Positions 8,011 to 17,816 of a stretch of DNA of 64,000 nt are shown here, in pieces. Source of the DNA: an uncultured Acidobacteriota bacterium (lineage in GTDB: Bacteria > Acidobacteriota > Thermoanaerobaculia > UBA5066); NCBI GenBank assembly GCA_963801475.1, contig CAWDEX010000003.1:11638-75637 (forward strand), given 5' to 3'. Position 1 is the stretch's first letter, and each line of letters opens with the position of its first letter. The notes beneath the pieces were generated by a model. The model ran no database searches. It was given only the letters and a program-made list of their open reading frames with translations, and was not told the DNA's origin. The translations under genes were made by a program, and so were the position numbers.

Positions 8011-10239
8011 TCATCGGGTGTCGGGCGCACGGTTCGGCCGGTCGCAGGCCTCCTTGTCCACAGACCACCACGCCATGTAAGCGGTGAAGAAGGTCAGGCG
8101 GGAGTCCGGGTTCTGCACGTCCCCGTCCCCGCCATAGTTGAGGGTGAAGGGCTTTCGCGTAATGGTCAGGTGCAGGTGATTCGGGTTGCCGTCGGCGGGC
8201 AGGAGTGTTTCCGTGATCTGCACTCCGGACCACCTCGGGTCCGCCGGCTCGGCCTCGCGTGCCGTCTTGAGGCGCGCCGCCGGACAGGGGCGGGCCGGCG
8301 GCCATACGTCGATCTCCAGCGATCTCTCGGCGAAGACCGGTGACGCGACGATCTTCGTCACGACGGCCGGTGCCCCGCCCGTCAGGGCCCGCCAGTTTCC
8401 TGTCAGCCGGAGGGGCCTGTTCCAGGTGGCGCCAAGCACCGGCGCGTAGTCTGCGGTCTGAAGGTAGGAACTCTCGAGAAGGCTGGCCGGGTGAAGCTCC
8501 GCATGCCAGTCGGGATGACCGCAGTCGATGATCCAGAGGCCGCGTACGACGGCCCGGTCCCCCGGTTCGGGGCGAAAGCCGACCGGGTAGTACCACTGCT
8601 CCCCTTCGACCCCGAGCGCACCGCGCAGGTCTGCAACCTGGTTTCCTTGCCGGTACTCGCTGTGCTTGGACTGGCAGTCACCCCCGTCGCGGTCGTGAAG
8701 CATCGACTCGTCACGCGCCAGAAGGTGCCGGAAGTCGGCATCGGGGAGAAGGTTGATCTCCCAGTCGGCGCATTGCTGGCCGTTGTCGGCGGTCGAGAGA
8801 TCCGGGCAGTTCTGGACGGCGTCGTTGTGCGTCATGACGTCTGAATGCACCCCGATGTAACGGCCGTCCGGCATGCCGTTGTGGTCGCCGCTCCAGTCGC
8901 CTCCCGAGAGAAAGGAGTTCGTCACGAGACCTTCGGCGCTGAGGAAGGCGTGATCTCTCACGACCGTCCACTCCGGATCGCCCCAGTGAATGCACCCGTC
9001 AGAGGTTACGGGCGCATGCTTGATCTCCCACTTGCAGATCGCTCCGGACTGTACGATCCCGGCGCCGGGGGGGTCGGCCGTCGGAAAGCCGGCGAGATTC
9101 CCGGCCGTCCATTCGGCCGGCGGGACCCGTCGGGGCGCACACACCTTGATCCAGCGCGGCGCGCTCGACCGCCACGACGTTCCCGCGCCGCCGCAGAACC
9201 CGGGCAGAAACGTGGGCCTCCAGGAGGCCGGATCGCGGTTGAGGGCTTGCAGGTCGACGAAGCCGACGCCGGAGAGCGGGAGATCCCAGGGCCTCGCCTG
9301 CCAGTCGCGCTGCGGGCTCTTGTCGAACGCGAGATCAGCCGGATACCAGATCGGAGCTTCCGTCGGCGTAAAGGCTAGATAGATGCAGCCATCCGCGTGC
9401 ATCTCGGCGGAATTGAGGGGCCGGTTGCTGAGCGTCGTCTTCCCGTCCGGCGAACCATCCTGGAATATCTGGAAGTGCGTGATGGCGGCCCCGTGGGCGT
9501 CCGGCGTCATCGGAAGCCCGAAGGGCACTTCGGCCTGCGAGCGCAGAAGGGTCACGACCCGGGCTAGCTCCGGCACGTCGGTGGCAACCGGCGTCTTCGA
9601 GGAGGCAGTCCACGGCCCGCAGTCGCGGCACGAGGGGGTGGCGCCGCGGTCAATGACGAGGTCCACGACGGCCTTGTAGACCCCCGCGCACTGGTTGTTG
9701 ACGCCGTCGTCATGATTCCAGTACCCGTTGTCGCCGATGCCGCCGTCATCCACGTAACCGAGGGCGAAGTGGCCGGCGACGGGCACGACGAAGGAAGGAC
9801 CGATCCAGTGCTTTAGCGTCTGAGGGTTGTTGTCGCCCGTGACACTTGCGATCTGCACGGTCCCGTAGTACTGGGAGTCGAGGTGTCCGTTGCCGTCGTC
9901 GGGGTCGACGTACCGCTTCCACGTCGATCCCCAACCGCCGGTCTGAACGCAACCTGAGGCCGAGAGCCGGACGACGTCGCCCGGGTTCAACCGGATGGCG
10001 GTGTAGTCGGTGAGCGACCGGTCGACGGAGGGAAACTCGATGTGCCACGCTTCCCGCCCGGGCGCGGGCTTCGTGCAGGTGATGACGTCCGCTCCGTGCG
10101 GGTAGTGGTCGTTGTGGCCGGGCTGGAAGCGGGGGGGCGGCGGCGTGTCGCAAGCGTCGGCGAGCGCGGGGCCCCGGCCGAGAAGACAGGACAAGACCGG
10201 GACTGCGGCGATAAACCTGAGAACGAGAACTCGTCTCAT
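8011..10239 (-). CDS. Large secreted Cys-rich hypothetical protein (possible LecA/PA-IL-like N-terminal domain)
   Basis: Signal peptide; IRLNPGDVVRLSASG...LGYVDD..GDNG; C-terminal GDRAVVRGLWIIDCGH..HAELHP. Confidence 0.75.
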   Translation of the reverse strand: MRRVLVLRFIAAVPVLSCLLGRGPALADACDTPPPPRFQPGHNDHYPHGADVITCTKPAPGREAWHIEFPSVDRSLTDYTAIRLNPGDVVRLSASGCVQTGGWGSTWKRYVDPDDGNGHLDSQYYGTVQIASVTGDNNPQTLKHWIGPSFVVPVAGHFALGYVDDGGIGDNGYWNHDDGVNNQCAGVYKAVVDLVIDRGATPSCRDCGPWTASSKTPVATDVPELARVVTLLRSQAEVPFGLPMTPDAHGAAITHFQIFQDGSPDGKTTLSNRPLNSAEMHADGCIYLAFTPTEAPIWYPADLAFDKSPQRDWQARPWDLPLSGVGFVDLQALNRDPASWRPTFLPGFCGGAGTSWRSSAPRWIKVCAPRRVPPAEWTAGNLAGFPTADPPGAGIVQSGAICKWEIKHAPVTSDGCIHWGDPEWTVVRDHAFLSAEGLVTNSFLSGGDWSGDHNGMPDGRYIGVHSDVMTHNDAVQNCPDLSTADNGQQCADWEINLLPDADFRHLLARDESMLHDRDGGDCQSKHSEYRQGNQVADLRGALGVEGEQWYYPVGFRPEPGDRAVVRGLWIIDCGHPDWHAELHPASLLESSYLQTADYAPVLGATWNRPLRLTGNWRALTGGAPAVVTKIVASPVFAERSLEIDVWPPARPCPAARLKTAREAEPADPRWSGVQITETLLPADGNPNHLHLTITRKPFTLNYGGDGDVQNPDSRLTFFTAYMAWWSVDKEACDRPNRAPDTR

Positions 10240-10406
10240 TTTGCGCCCTCAGGCGAGCGTACGCTTTCTGCGGGAAGAAAGTCCATTCACGTCCCCTTCC
10301 CCGGCACCGGTGAACGCGTCTGCCCCGGGGAACGCGATGGTTGCGAATCCGGGCGACACGCCGATGGCGCCCACGCCACCCCGGTCTCCTCACTGTCGGC
10401 GCCGCT

Positions 10407-10570
10407 GCCCGGAGTCGCCGGTGGTCCCGAGAATCCGGTTAGCGCGGCCGACCGGCTGCGGAGCCACTACTCTCCCCCGCGAACTCAAGGAGGGTCCGCG
10501 GTTAACAGGAACCCGACGACGACCTCGCGGGGTTTCGTGCCTGAAGGGCCGGACTCAGAAGGACTTCCGG
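10407..10570 (+). repeat. Dispersed repeat family, core copy
   Basis: ccgagaatccggttagcgcggccgaccggctgcGGAGCCActactctcccccgcgaac...GCGGTTAACAGgaacccgacgacgacctcgcgggg...tcagaaggacttccg. Confidence 0.85.
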
Positions 10571-10594
10571 CTCAGGAGCGGCCGATTCTCTTGG

Positions 10595-11490
10595 CTACCG
10601 CGGCGCGTCGTTGTTCGGCGGCGAGATCGGCGCCACGCTTCCCTGCCACTCGACCGTGATGGTGCCTCCGAAGCTGCCGTCGGTGAATTTCTTCTGGAGG
10701 AGGCGGAAATTTCTGTCATACGAGACCTGGAGGGCAGGAAGCGGGAGGACTGCGGTGTCGTCTGGCGGCACCGGGAACATGTCCGCACCTTCCAGGATGC
10801 CGAAGAGCGGCGCCACCGTGTAGGTCCCGTAGCAGTTCTGGCCGCCGCTGATCGTCGCGATGAACGGGATGTCCCCCGCCGACGCCGCGCCAAGTGCGAG
10901 GCCGATCGCGCCCTGTCGCGAGTTCGTGTCCACTTTCGCTCCCGACGCCAGGACGAGGGGGAGCGAAGCCCCTCCCCCGGAGGCCGGCGCCGCGAAGGTG
11001 CCGTGGCCGCGGAGGGTCACGGTGCAGCCTCCCGCGGCCGCCGAGCCGGAGCCCGTCAGGGGCATGGAGGAGTCCCTGGTCAGGAAGATCCCACGAACCG
11101 GGAACGATGGCGACGCCCCCGGCTTCTCGCGGTAGCTGCCGACGTCCGCGCGGAGGCGAATCGTCCCGTTGCCCTCGAACTTCCAGCCCGAGAGGCCCAT
11201 CGCGTTCGACCACAGGTAGTGGAGAGGGATGTCCCACTCCGTGAGCTGGCGCGCGTTGCTCTTTCGCTCGGCCCCCATCTCTCCCGGAACCACGACGTAG
11301 ACGTCCCCGTTCCCGTCGAGCCGTCGTACTGGTTGTGCCAGGCGACCGACACTTCGACCCGCCGCTGCGAGAGGAGGAGCGTCGTCGCCGCCGGTGCGGA
11401 CGAAGACACGACGGCCGAGCCGAGGACGAGCGTCACGGCCGCGACGAGACCCGTCCTCGAGAACACCTGGTTCGAGTTCCTGATCTTCAT
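10595..11490 (-). pseudogene. Secreted protein split or internally deleted (frame change near 11290-11310)
   Basis: Frame 1: signal peptide plus RRVEVSVAWHNQYDGSTGTG. Frame 2 begins DVYVVVPG..RKSNARQLTEW (IPT/TIG-end-like) and runs to 10595. Confidence 0.55.
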
Positions 11491-11605
11491 GAACTACCCC
11501 CCAACCCGGTCACTGCCCGCTTCGGCAACAAGCATGGAAGTGACAGCCCAATAATGGAACATACGATCGGGTGGCGGGCGTCACTGCCGGGCTCATGCCG
11601 GGTGC

Positions 11606-11660
11606 CGTAGGGACTCGATGGGAATTGCCGGGGCTTCTCTCGCCAGGAAACCAGGACCCG
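11606..11660 (+). repeat. Left-end fragment of the dispersed repeat
   Basis: GTAGGGACTCGATGGGAATTGCCGGGC..ccaggacc resembles 3928-3977. Confidence 0.6.
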
Positions 11661-11879
11661 AGTTTCCTCTGTTCCGGCTGACCAGGGTGGTCTTCCACCC
11701 AGCGCCGGCCCGGGGTGCGAGGAGACGCGGTCGACTGAGGCACCCGGGCGTCTGTTCAGGCAAGCCATGGGGTTCTGGCGAGGCCCAAGGAGGTCGGCCT
11801 CCTCGCCCCGTGGCCCCCCCTGCCTCCCGCGGGACTAGAATTCGTGCCGGCTCTCCGGAAAGGGCTGATCGAGAAAAGG

Positions 11880-13514
11880 GTGATCCGCCGTGCGCGTCTC
11901 GCGACGCTCGTTCTCCTCATCGGAGGCTCAGCGATGACGGGCCCCGGCGGAGGGGCGCCGGTGGCGACGGCGCCGGCCGGTCCGGTCCGGCCCGCCGCCC
12001 TCGCCGGCTCCTGGTATCCCGGCTCTCCGGCCCTCCTCCTCGCGACCGCGCGGAGCCTGATGCGTCAGGCCTCGGCGGCGCCGATGCCGTACGGCCGGCC
12101 CGCCGCCCTCGCCGTCCCGCACGCCGGCTGGGCCTACTCGGGGACGGTCGCCGCGGCGGCCTTCCGGATCCTCAAGCCGGGCTCCTTCACGCGCGTCGTC
12201 GTGATGGCCCCCTCGCACCACGCGGCCTTTTCGGGCTACGCCCTCGAGGACGCCGCGGCCTACCGGACTCCGCTCGGCGAGATCCCGCTCGCGAGCGCCG
12301 CCCTCCGCGACCTCGAGACGCCCGGCCTCGCGCGCGTCGTTCCGGGAGCGACGGGACCCGAGCACGCCGTCGAGATCGAGCTCCCGTTCCTGCAGGCGGC
12401 GCTCCGCTCGTTCACCCTCGTCCCGATCCTCGCCGGGCGCGTCGACGCCGCGGCCGAGAAGGCCTTCGCCGAGAAACTCGCGCGGCTCGACGACGGCAAG
12501 ACGCTCTTCGTCTTCTCGTCGGACTTCACGCACTACGGGCCACGCTTCGACTACATGCCGTTCGGGCCGACGGTCGGGGCGCGCGCGAGGGTCCGCGAGC
12601 TCGACGACTCGGCGATCGGTCTCCTCCGGCGGCTCGACGCGGAAGGGTGGCGGAGCTTCGTCCGCGAGAAGGAGGCGACGATCTGCGGGGATGCGGGGCT
12701 CGTCACGATGCTCGAGCTCCTCCGGCGGATCGCCCCCGGGGCGAAGGCGACGCTCCTCGCGCACTGGGCCTCGGGCGAGATGCCGGGCCTCAGCGACGAC
12801 AGCTCCGTCGACTACGCGTCTCTGGCGTACACGCGCGAGGAGGGGTCCGTCGGGGAGCCGATGAACGCGCCGCCGCGGATCGCCGCGGTGGCGGCGGACG
12901 ACCCGCCGGTGACGGACGCCGTCGGACACGCGCTCGTCCGGGTCGCGCGCGGGGCGCTCGACGCCGAACTCCGCGGCGACACGGCCCCTCTCGACGCCGC
13001 CCTCCGGGAGCTGCCCGAGAGGCACGCCTCCCTCCCCCAACAGGCGGTCTTCGTGACGCTGAAGCGGAAGGACCCCGCCGCGATCGCGCGGCTCGGCGAC
13101 CTGCGCGGCTGCATCGGGCAGGTCGTCCCGACTTACCCGCTCGACCTCGCCGTCGTGAAGTCGGCCCTCGACGCGGCCCTCGACGATCCGCGCTTCCCCA
13201 GGGTGGAGGCTTGGGAGCTGCCGGGGCTCTCGGCCGAGGTGACCGTCCTCTCGCCGATCGTCCCGATCGTCTCCTGGAAGGAGATCCGGATCGGGACGCA
13301 CGGGATCGTCCTCGAGAAGGGGGCGCGCCGCGCGCTCTTCCTCCCGCAGGTCGCCCTGGAACAGGGGTGGACGGTCGAAGAGACGCTCGACGCCCTCGCG
13401 CAGAAGGCGGGCCTCTCCCGCGGGGACTGGAGGAGCGGCGCGAAGTTCTCCGTCTTCACCGGGCAGGTCTTCCGCGAGGAGGCGGCCCGGGCGGCCCCGC
13501 TCCCGAAACGATGA
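11880..13514 (+). CDS. amrB: AmmeMemoRadiSam protein B (MEMO1-like) fused to protein A (AMMECR1-like)
   Basis: VRPAALAGSWYP, PHAG, PSHH, EHAVE, SSDFTHYG, TICG; then FVTL..LRGCIG, DPRFP, LFLPQVA; N-terminal hydrophobic signal; start uncertain (11844 or 11880). Confidence 0.92.
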   Translation: MIRRARLATLVLLIGGSAMTGPGGGAPVATAPAGPVRPAALAGSWYPGSPALLLATARSLMRQASAAPMPYGRPAALAVPHAGWAYSGTVAAAAFRILKPGSFTRVVVMAPSHHAAFSGYALEDAAAYRTPLGEIPLASAALRDLETPGLARVVPGATGPEHAVEIELPFLQAALRSFTLVPILAGRVDAAAEKAFAEKLARLDDGKTLFVFSSDFTHYGPRFDYMPFGPTVGARARVRELDDSAIGLLRRLDAEGWRSFVREKEATICGDAGLVTMLELLRRIAPGAKATLLAHWASGEMPGLSDDSSVDYASLAYTREEGSVGEPMNAPPRIAAVAADDPPVTDAVGHALVRVARGALDAELRGDTAPLDAALRELPERHASLPQQAVFVTLKRKDPAAIARLGDLRGCIGQVVPTYPLDLAVVKSALDAALDDPRFPRVEAWELPGLSAEVTVLSPIVPIVSWKEIRIGTHGIVLEKGARRALFLPQVALEQGWTVEETLDALAQKAGLSRGDWRSGAKFSVFTGQVFREEAARAAPLPKR

Positions 13515-14665
13515 AGAACCGCCGCGAACTCCTCGTCTCGGCCGTCGCCGCGGCCGGAGCGGCGGCGACGGGACGGCTCGTGCGCGCCTCGGGCCTCCAG
13601 AACGCCGACCGCGCACCGGCGCTGCGGACACCGACGGCACCGTCACCCGGCCTCGCCGCGCAGCCGGCCCGCTGGTGGTCGCCGCTCCCCGGCCGGGGGG
13701 TCGCCTGCGGCCTCTGCTTCCGCGGGTGCGAGATCCCGGAGGGGGAGCGCGGCGAGTGCGGCGTCCGCGAGAACCGGAGCGGCCAGCTGAAGACGCTCGT
13801 CCACTCCCGCCCCGTCGCCCTCAACCTCGACCCGATCGAGAAGAAGCCGTTCTTCCACGTCCTCCCCGGGACCTCGGCGCTCTCTCTCGGGACCGCCGGA
13901 TGCAACTTCCACTGCCGCTGGTGCCAGAACTGGGAGATCTCGCAGTCGCGTCCGGAGAAGATCCCCGTCCCGACGCGGACGCCCGGGGAGATCGCTGCGC
14001 TTGCCCTGAAGAGGGGGGCTCCCGTCGTCGCGTGCACCTACTCGGAGCCGACGGTCTTCGCCGAGTACGTCCTCGACCTCGCCGTCGCGGCGCGGAAGGC
14101 GGGGCTGAAGACGGTCGTCGTCTCGAACGGCTCGATCCGCGAGGAGCCGCTTCGCGAACTCTGCCCGGTCCTCGCCGCCTACAAGGTCGACCTGAAGGCC
14201 TGGTCGGAGAAGACCTACCGCGAGATGTGCAGCGGCGAGCGGAAGGCGGTCTTGGACACGCTCCGGAGGCTCGCGAGGGCGAAGCTCTGGACCGAAGTCG
14301 TCACGCTCGTCATCCCGACGATCAACGACTCCGAGGCCGAGATCCGCTCCCTCGCGCGCTTCGTGAGGGACGAGGTAGGGCGCGAGACGCCCCTGCACTT
14401 CACGCGCTTCAACCCGACCTACCGGCTGACGAACCTCCCGCCGACGCCCGTCGCGACGCTCGAGAAGGCGCGGGAGATCGCGCTCGCCGAGGGGCTCCCG
14501 TTCGCCTACGTCGGGAACGTCCCCGGGCACCCGGGGGAGTCGACGTACTGTCCCGGCTGCAAGGCGCGGCTCATCCACCGCGTCGGGATGGCGACGGTCG
14601 CGAACCGGCTCAAGAAGGGGGCCTGCCCCGACTGCAGCCGCGCGATCCCGGGCGTCTGGAGTTGA
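13511..14665 (+). CDS. amrS: AmmeMemoRadiSam radical SAM enzyme
   Basis: CGLCFRGC..GECGVREN, DPIEKKPFFH, GCNFHCRWCQNWEISQ (CxxxCxxC), TYCPGC, CPDC..IPGVW; ATGA overlap with amrB; Tat-like KNRRELL. Confidence 0.95.
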   Translation: MKNRRELLVSAVAAAGAAATGRLVRASGLQNADRAPALRTPTAPSPGLAAQPARWWSPLPGRGVACGLCFRGCEIPEGERGECGVRENRSGQLKTLVHSRPVALNLDPIEKKPFFHVLPGTSALSLGTAGCNFHCRWCQNWEISQSRPEKIPVPTRTPGEIAALALKRGAPVVACTYSEPTVFAEYVLDLAVAARKAGLKTVVVSNGSIREEPLRELCPVLAAYKVDLKAWSEKTYREMCSGERKAVLDTLRRLARAKLWTEVVTLVIPTINDSEAEIRSLARFVRDEVGRETPLHFTRFNPTYRLTNLPPTPVATLEKAREIALAEGLPFAYVGNVPGHPGESTYCPGCKARLIHRVGMATVANRLKKGACPDCSRAIPGVWS

Positions 14666-14668
14666 AGG

Positions 14669-16921
14669 TCAGCGGGGGCGCGCCGCACCGAGGGCCGCGA
14701 GGAGGACGACCGCGGCGGCGAGGAGACCGGTGACCGTCATCCCGAGCGCGGGGACGAGCGCGACGCCCGCGAGGAGGGCCGCGGCGGCCGCCCCGAGGTG
14801 GTCGGCCGCCTCGAACGCCGCGGCGGAAGCGCCCGCGCCCTGTCCCTCCTCGAGGAGGACGGCGGTCGCGAAGGGGAAGAGCGACCCCGTGGCCGCGCCG
14901 GAGGCGAGGAGGAGGAGGGCGTGCGCGCCGAAGGCGGCCGCCGGCGGAGCGGAGGAGAGGCGCGCGAGCGCGGGGAGGGCGAACGCGACGGCGGCGAAGG
15001 CGGCGCCCACCGCGAGGAGGGGTACGAAAAGGCCGCGGCGCGGCGGCGCGGAGCGCGCAGCGACGAGCCGGCGCGCGCCGGCCGCCCCGGAGGCGAGGCC
15101 CATCATGAACGCGGCCGTCAGCGACCCGAGCGCGCCGTAGAGGCTCCCCTCGCGCGTCTGGAAGGAGAGGAGGAGGAGAAAAGAGAGGGCCATGCCGGCG
15201 GCGCCCGTGGCGGCGGCGCCGCTCCGGGCCGCGCGGCTTGCGCGGGCCGGGGCGACGAGGCCCCGGAGCGCGACGGCGGCGGCCGGGAGGAGGACGAGGA
15301 GGACGAGGAGCGGCGCCGGCAGCCGCGCGAGAGCTCCGAGCGCGCGGGCGGCGGGGCTGGCCGTCTCGAGCCCGCGGCGGGCGAGGGCGAAGAGGAGCGA
15401 GACGGGGCGGTCGTCACGGCTCGGTGGGACGCCCCCCGCGGCGTCGTCGAGCGCGGCCTCGAGTCGCGTGACGTTCCCCGGTTCGAGGAGCAGCGGGAAG
15501 AGCTCGGGGGCGAAGGCCCCGGCGGCGATCTGCCGCACGTGGAAGCGGTCGGCGACGACGCCCGGGTCGAGCGTGACGGCCGATGGATCGAAGCCCGCCA
15601 CGAGGAGGCTGTCGGGGCCGGGCGTCGCGTGGACGACGGGGAAGACGGACCGGAGCGCCCTCCAGACCGAGCCGCCGAGCGCCGCGGTCGGGCCAGTGAG
15701 CGCCGCGGCGGAGGTCCGGAGGGAGACGACGAGAACGCCGCTCGGCGTGAGGCGCGCGGCGGCGGCGCGGAACGTCTCCTCGGTCAGGAGGCGGGCGCGG
15801 GAGAGCGTGACCGGGTCGAGGCCGGCGAGGAGGACGAGGTCCCACGCGCCCACGGAGCGTGCGAGGAAGCGGCGCGGGTCGTCCTCGACGATGCGGACGC
15901 GCGGGTCGAGGAGGGCCCGGCGGTCGGTCTCGGGAAGCCGCTCGCGGACGAAGGCGAGGGCGCGCGGGTCGGGCTCGACGAGGTCGACCCGCTCGGGGCC
16001 GTGGAGGAGGAGGAACCGAAGGGCGCCGTGGGCCACCTCGGAGGTCGCGAGGATCCGCCGCGGCGACGGGGCGAGGGAGCCGGCGAGGTGAGCGAACCCC
16101 TCGCTCGTGAAGGGATCGGGGAAGCTCGCGGCGTAGGCGCCGCTCGAGTAGAGGACGAGCGGGCCGTCGCCGCCGAGCGCGAGGTGCGCGTACGGCGTGT
16201 CGCGGACGGCGCGGAGGGGCGTTCCCGGCGCGAGGGCGCCGAAGCGGGCCCGCTCCGTCGCGTCGTCGAGGGGGCGGGCGGCGGCGAGCGCCGCGGCGAG
16301 GAGGGCGAGCGCGGCGAGGGGGCCGCGCCGCGCGGGAAGCCGCGACGCCCCGACGAGGGCCGCGGCGGCGAGCCCCGCGAGGAGGGCCGCGGGGAGCGGC
16401 CGGAGGAGCGTCCCGACGAGGAGGCTCGCGGCGCATCCGGCGACGAGAGAGCCGACCGACTCGACGACGTAGAGGCGGGCGAGCGCCGCGCCCGCCGGCA
16501 GCTGCCGGGCGGCAGCGGCGGCGAGTGCCGCGAACGAGGCGCCGACGAGCGCCCCGGCGGGGAGGAGCGTTGCCGCGGCGAGGACGAGAACGGTCCCGAG
16601 GCCGGGCAGCTCGCCGGGCGGCGGCGCGGCGGCGAGCTGGAGGAGGCGGAGCGCGACGATCCCGGCTGCCCCTGCGATCGCGAGGAGGGAAAGGAGCGGC
16701 GCGCCGAGGCGCGGGAGACGTTCCGGCGAGGCCCGCCGCGCGGCCAGCGCGCCGAGGGTGATGCCGAGGAGCCAGGCGGCGAGGCCGGTGCCGATCGCCG
16801 CCTCGTCCCCCGCGGCCGAGACGAGGAGTTCGCGCAGGAGGAGGACCTGGGCGGCGGTCGCCGCGAAGCCGGCTGCGGCGAGCGCCGGGAGGAGCCGTGG
16901 GAGGGCGTCGGGTCCGGGCAC
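14669..16921 (-). CDS. Spermidine-synthase-like membrane protein (TM - SAM domain - TM)
   Basis: AQVLLLRELL, LYVVESVGS, DTPY, VEPDP, DPRVRIVEDDPRRFL, DDRP; TM blocks at both ends. Confidence 0.85.
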   Translation of the reverse strand: MPGPDALPRLLPALAAAGFAATAAQVLLLRELLVSAAGDEAAIGTGLAAWLLGITLGALAARRASPERLPRLGAPLLSLLAIAGAAGIVALRLLQLAAAPPPGELPGLGTVLVLAAATLLPAGALVGASFAALAAAAARQLPAGAALARLYVVESVGSLVAGCAASLLVGTLLRPLPAALLAGLAAAALVGASRLPARRGPLAALALLAAALAAARPLDDATERARFGALAPGTPLRAVRDTPYAHLALGGDGPLVLYSSGAYAASFPDPFTSEGFAHLAGSLAPSPRRILATSEVAHGALRFLLLHGPERVDLVEPDPRALAFVRERLPETDRRALLDPRVRIVEDDPRRFLARSVGAWDLVLLAGLDPVTLSRARLLTEETFRAAAARLTPSGVLVVSLRTSAAALTGPTAALGGSVWRALRSVFPVVHATPGPDSLLVAGFDPSAVTLDPGVVADRFHVRQIAAGAFAPELFPLLLEPGNVTRLEAALDDAAGGVPPSRDDRPVSLLFALARRGLETASPAARALGALARLPAPLLVLLVLLPAAAVALRGLVAPARASRAARSGAAATGAAGMALSFLLLLSFQTREGSLYGALGSLTAAFMMGLASGAAGARRLVAARSAPPRRGLFVPLLAVGAAFAAVAFALPALARLSSAPPAAAFGAHALLLLASGAATGSLFPFATAVLLEEGQGAGASAAAFEAADHLGAAAAALLAGVALVPALGMTVTGLLAAAVVLLAALGAARPR

Positions 16922-16981
16922 GGGGTCTCCCGTCCAGCTTAGGCCCGAAAGGGTCCGACTCAGTAGCAGAGGTAGGAGAAG

Positions 16982-17266
16982 GAGTTCTGACCCGAGAACG
17001 TCTCGAACTTCTCAGTTCGGCCGAGGAACTGAGTTCGCGTGGCGGATCGACTGCGGAGCCACTCTTCTCCCCCGCGAACGTCTGGCAGATTCGCGGTAAA
17101 CAGGAACCCCGCGATCGTCTCGCGGGGTTTCGCGTCTAAAGTTCGTGTAGTCAGAAGGGCTTCCGCGCGGGGCGAGGCTCGGCCGGTTAACAGCCCGCGC
17201 CGTGGCGCGATCGGACTCAGGTCTCTGCGCGCCGCAGCCTCCGGCAGGTCTCATTGCGCCCCGACA
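16982..17266 (+). repeat. Dispersed repeat family, core plus right end
   Basis: GGAGCCA 17055-17061; GCGGTAAACAG; hairpin AACCCCGCGA-tcgtc-TCGCGGGGTT; second CGGTTAACAG near 17184; GACTCAGGTCTCTGCGCGCCGCA; ends CATTGCGCCCCGACA. Confidence 0.85.
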
Positions 17267-17302
17267 GTGATCGGTGTCGCGTCGACCGGCGGGACGGCCT
17301 CT

Positions 17303-17761
17303 CTAGTGGCGCGGCTCCAGGACGATCTCCCGCGCAAGACGATCGCCGATGATCTCGCGGATCTCGAGGCGGTCCTTGTATCCCTGCATCTGCTTCTGGT
17401 CGTCACCGCTGATCTTCTGGGATAGGGCGTCTGCCTTGACCTCGTTCGCCTCCATCGTGCCGAGGTCCTTGAACTCGGTCATCAAGATGATGTTGAAGTC
17501 CTGAGTGCCATGGCCTTCGGTGGTGAGCACCTTCCACGAAAGGATCAGCCCCTCCTTCTTCATCGCCTCCTGTTCCGCCTTCCAGGTGGTGGCGATGTAG
17601 TTGAGGTACGCCGTGTCCATTCCCGGCTTGATGCGGATGAACGCCATCGTCCAGACCGATCCGGGGCGGTACGGGCGCTTGACCTGCGCGTAAGCGGAAA
17701 GGCCTCCGAAGAGGAGTGCGGCCGCGATCGAGGCAACGACGATTCTCTGTTTCAGCTTCAT
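17303..17761 (-). CDS. Secreted hypothetical protein (NIPSNAP/dimeric alpha-beta barrel-like)
   Basis: Signal peptide AYA|Q; IRIKPGMDTAYLNY...KKEGLILSWKV; AAGGAG RBS. Confidence 0.8.
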   Translation of the reverse strand: MKLKQRIVVASIAAALLFGGLSAYAQVKRPYRPGSVWTMAFIRIKPGMDTAYLNYIATTWKAEQEAMKKEGLILSWKVLTTEGHGTQDFNIILMTEFKDLGTMEANEVKADALSQKISGDDQKQMQGYKDRLEIREIIGDRLAREIVLEPRH

Positions 17762-17816
17762 TTGTCCCTGCTCCTTACTCTTGAATGCGTTTGAGACTCT
17801 ATCCCATCTCTCCGAT

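Noticed and set aside
11618-13510. N-terminal 630 aa of the 1015-aa track ORF
   Set aside because: Arg/Pro-rich off-frame shadow of amrB; the real amrS starts at 13511.
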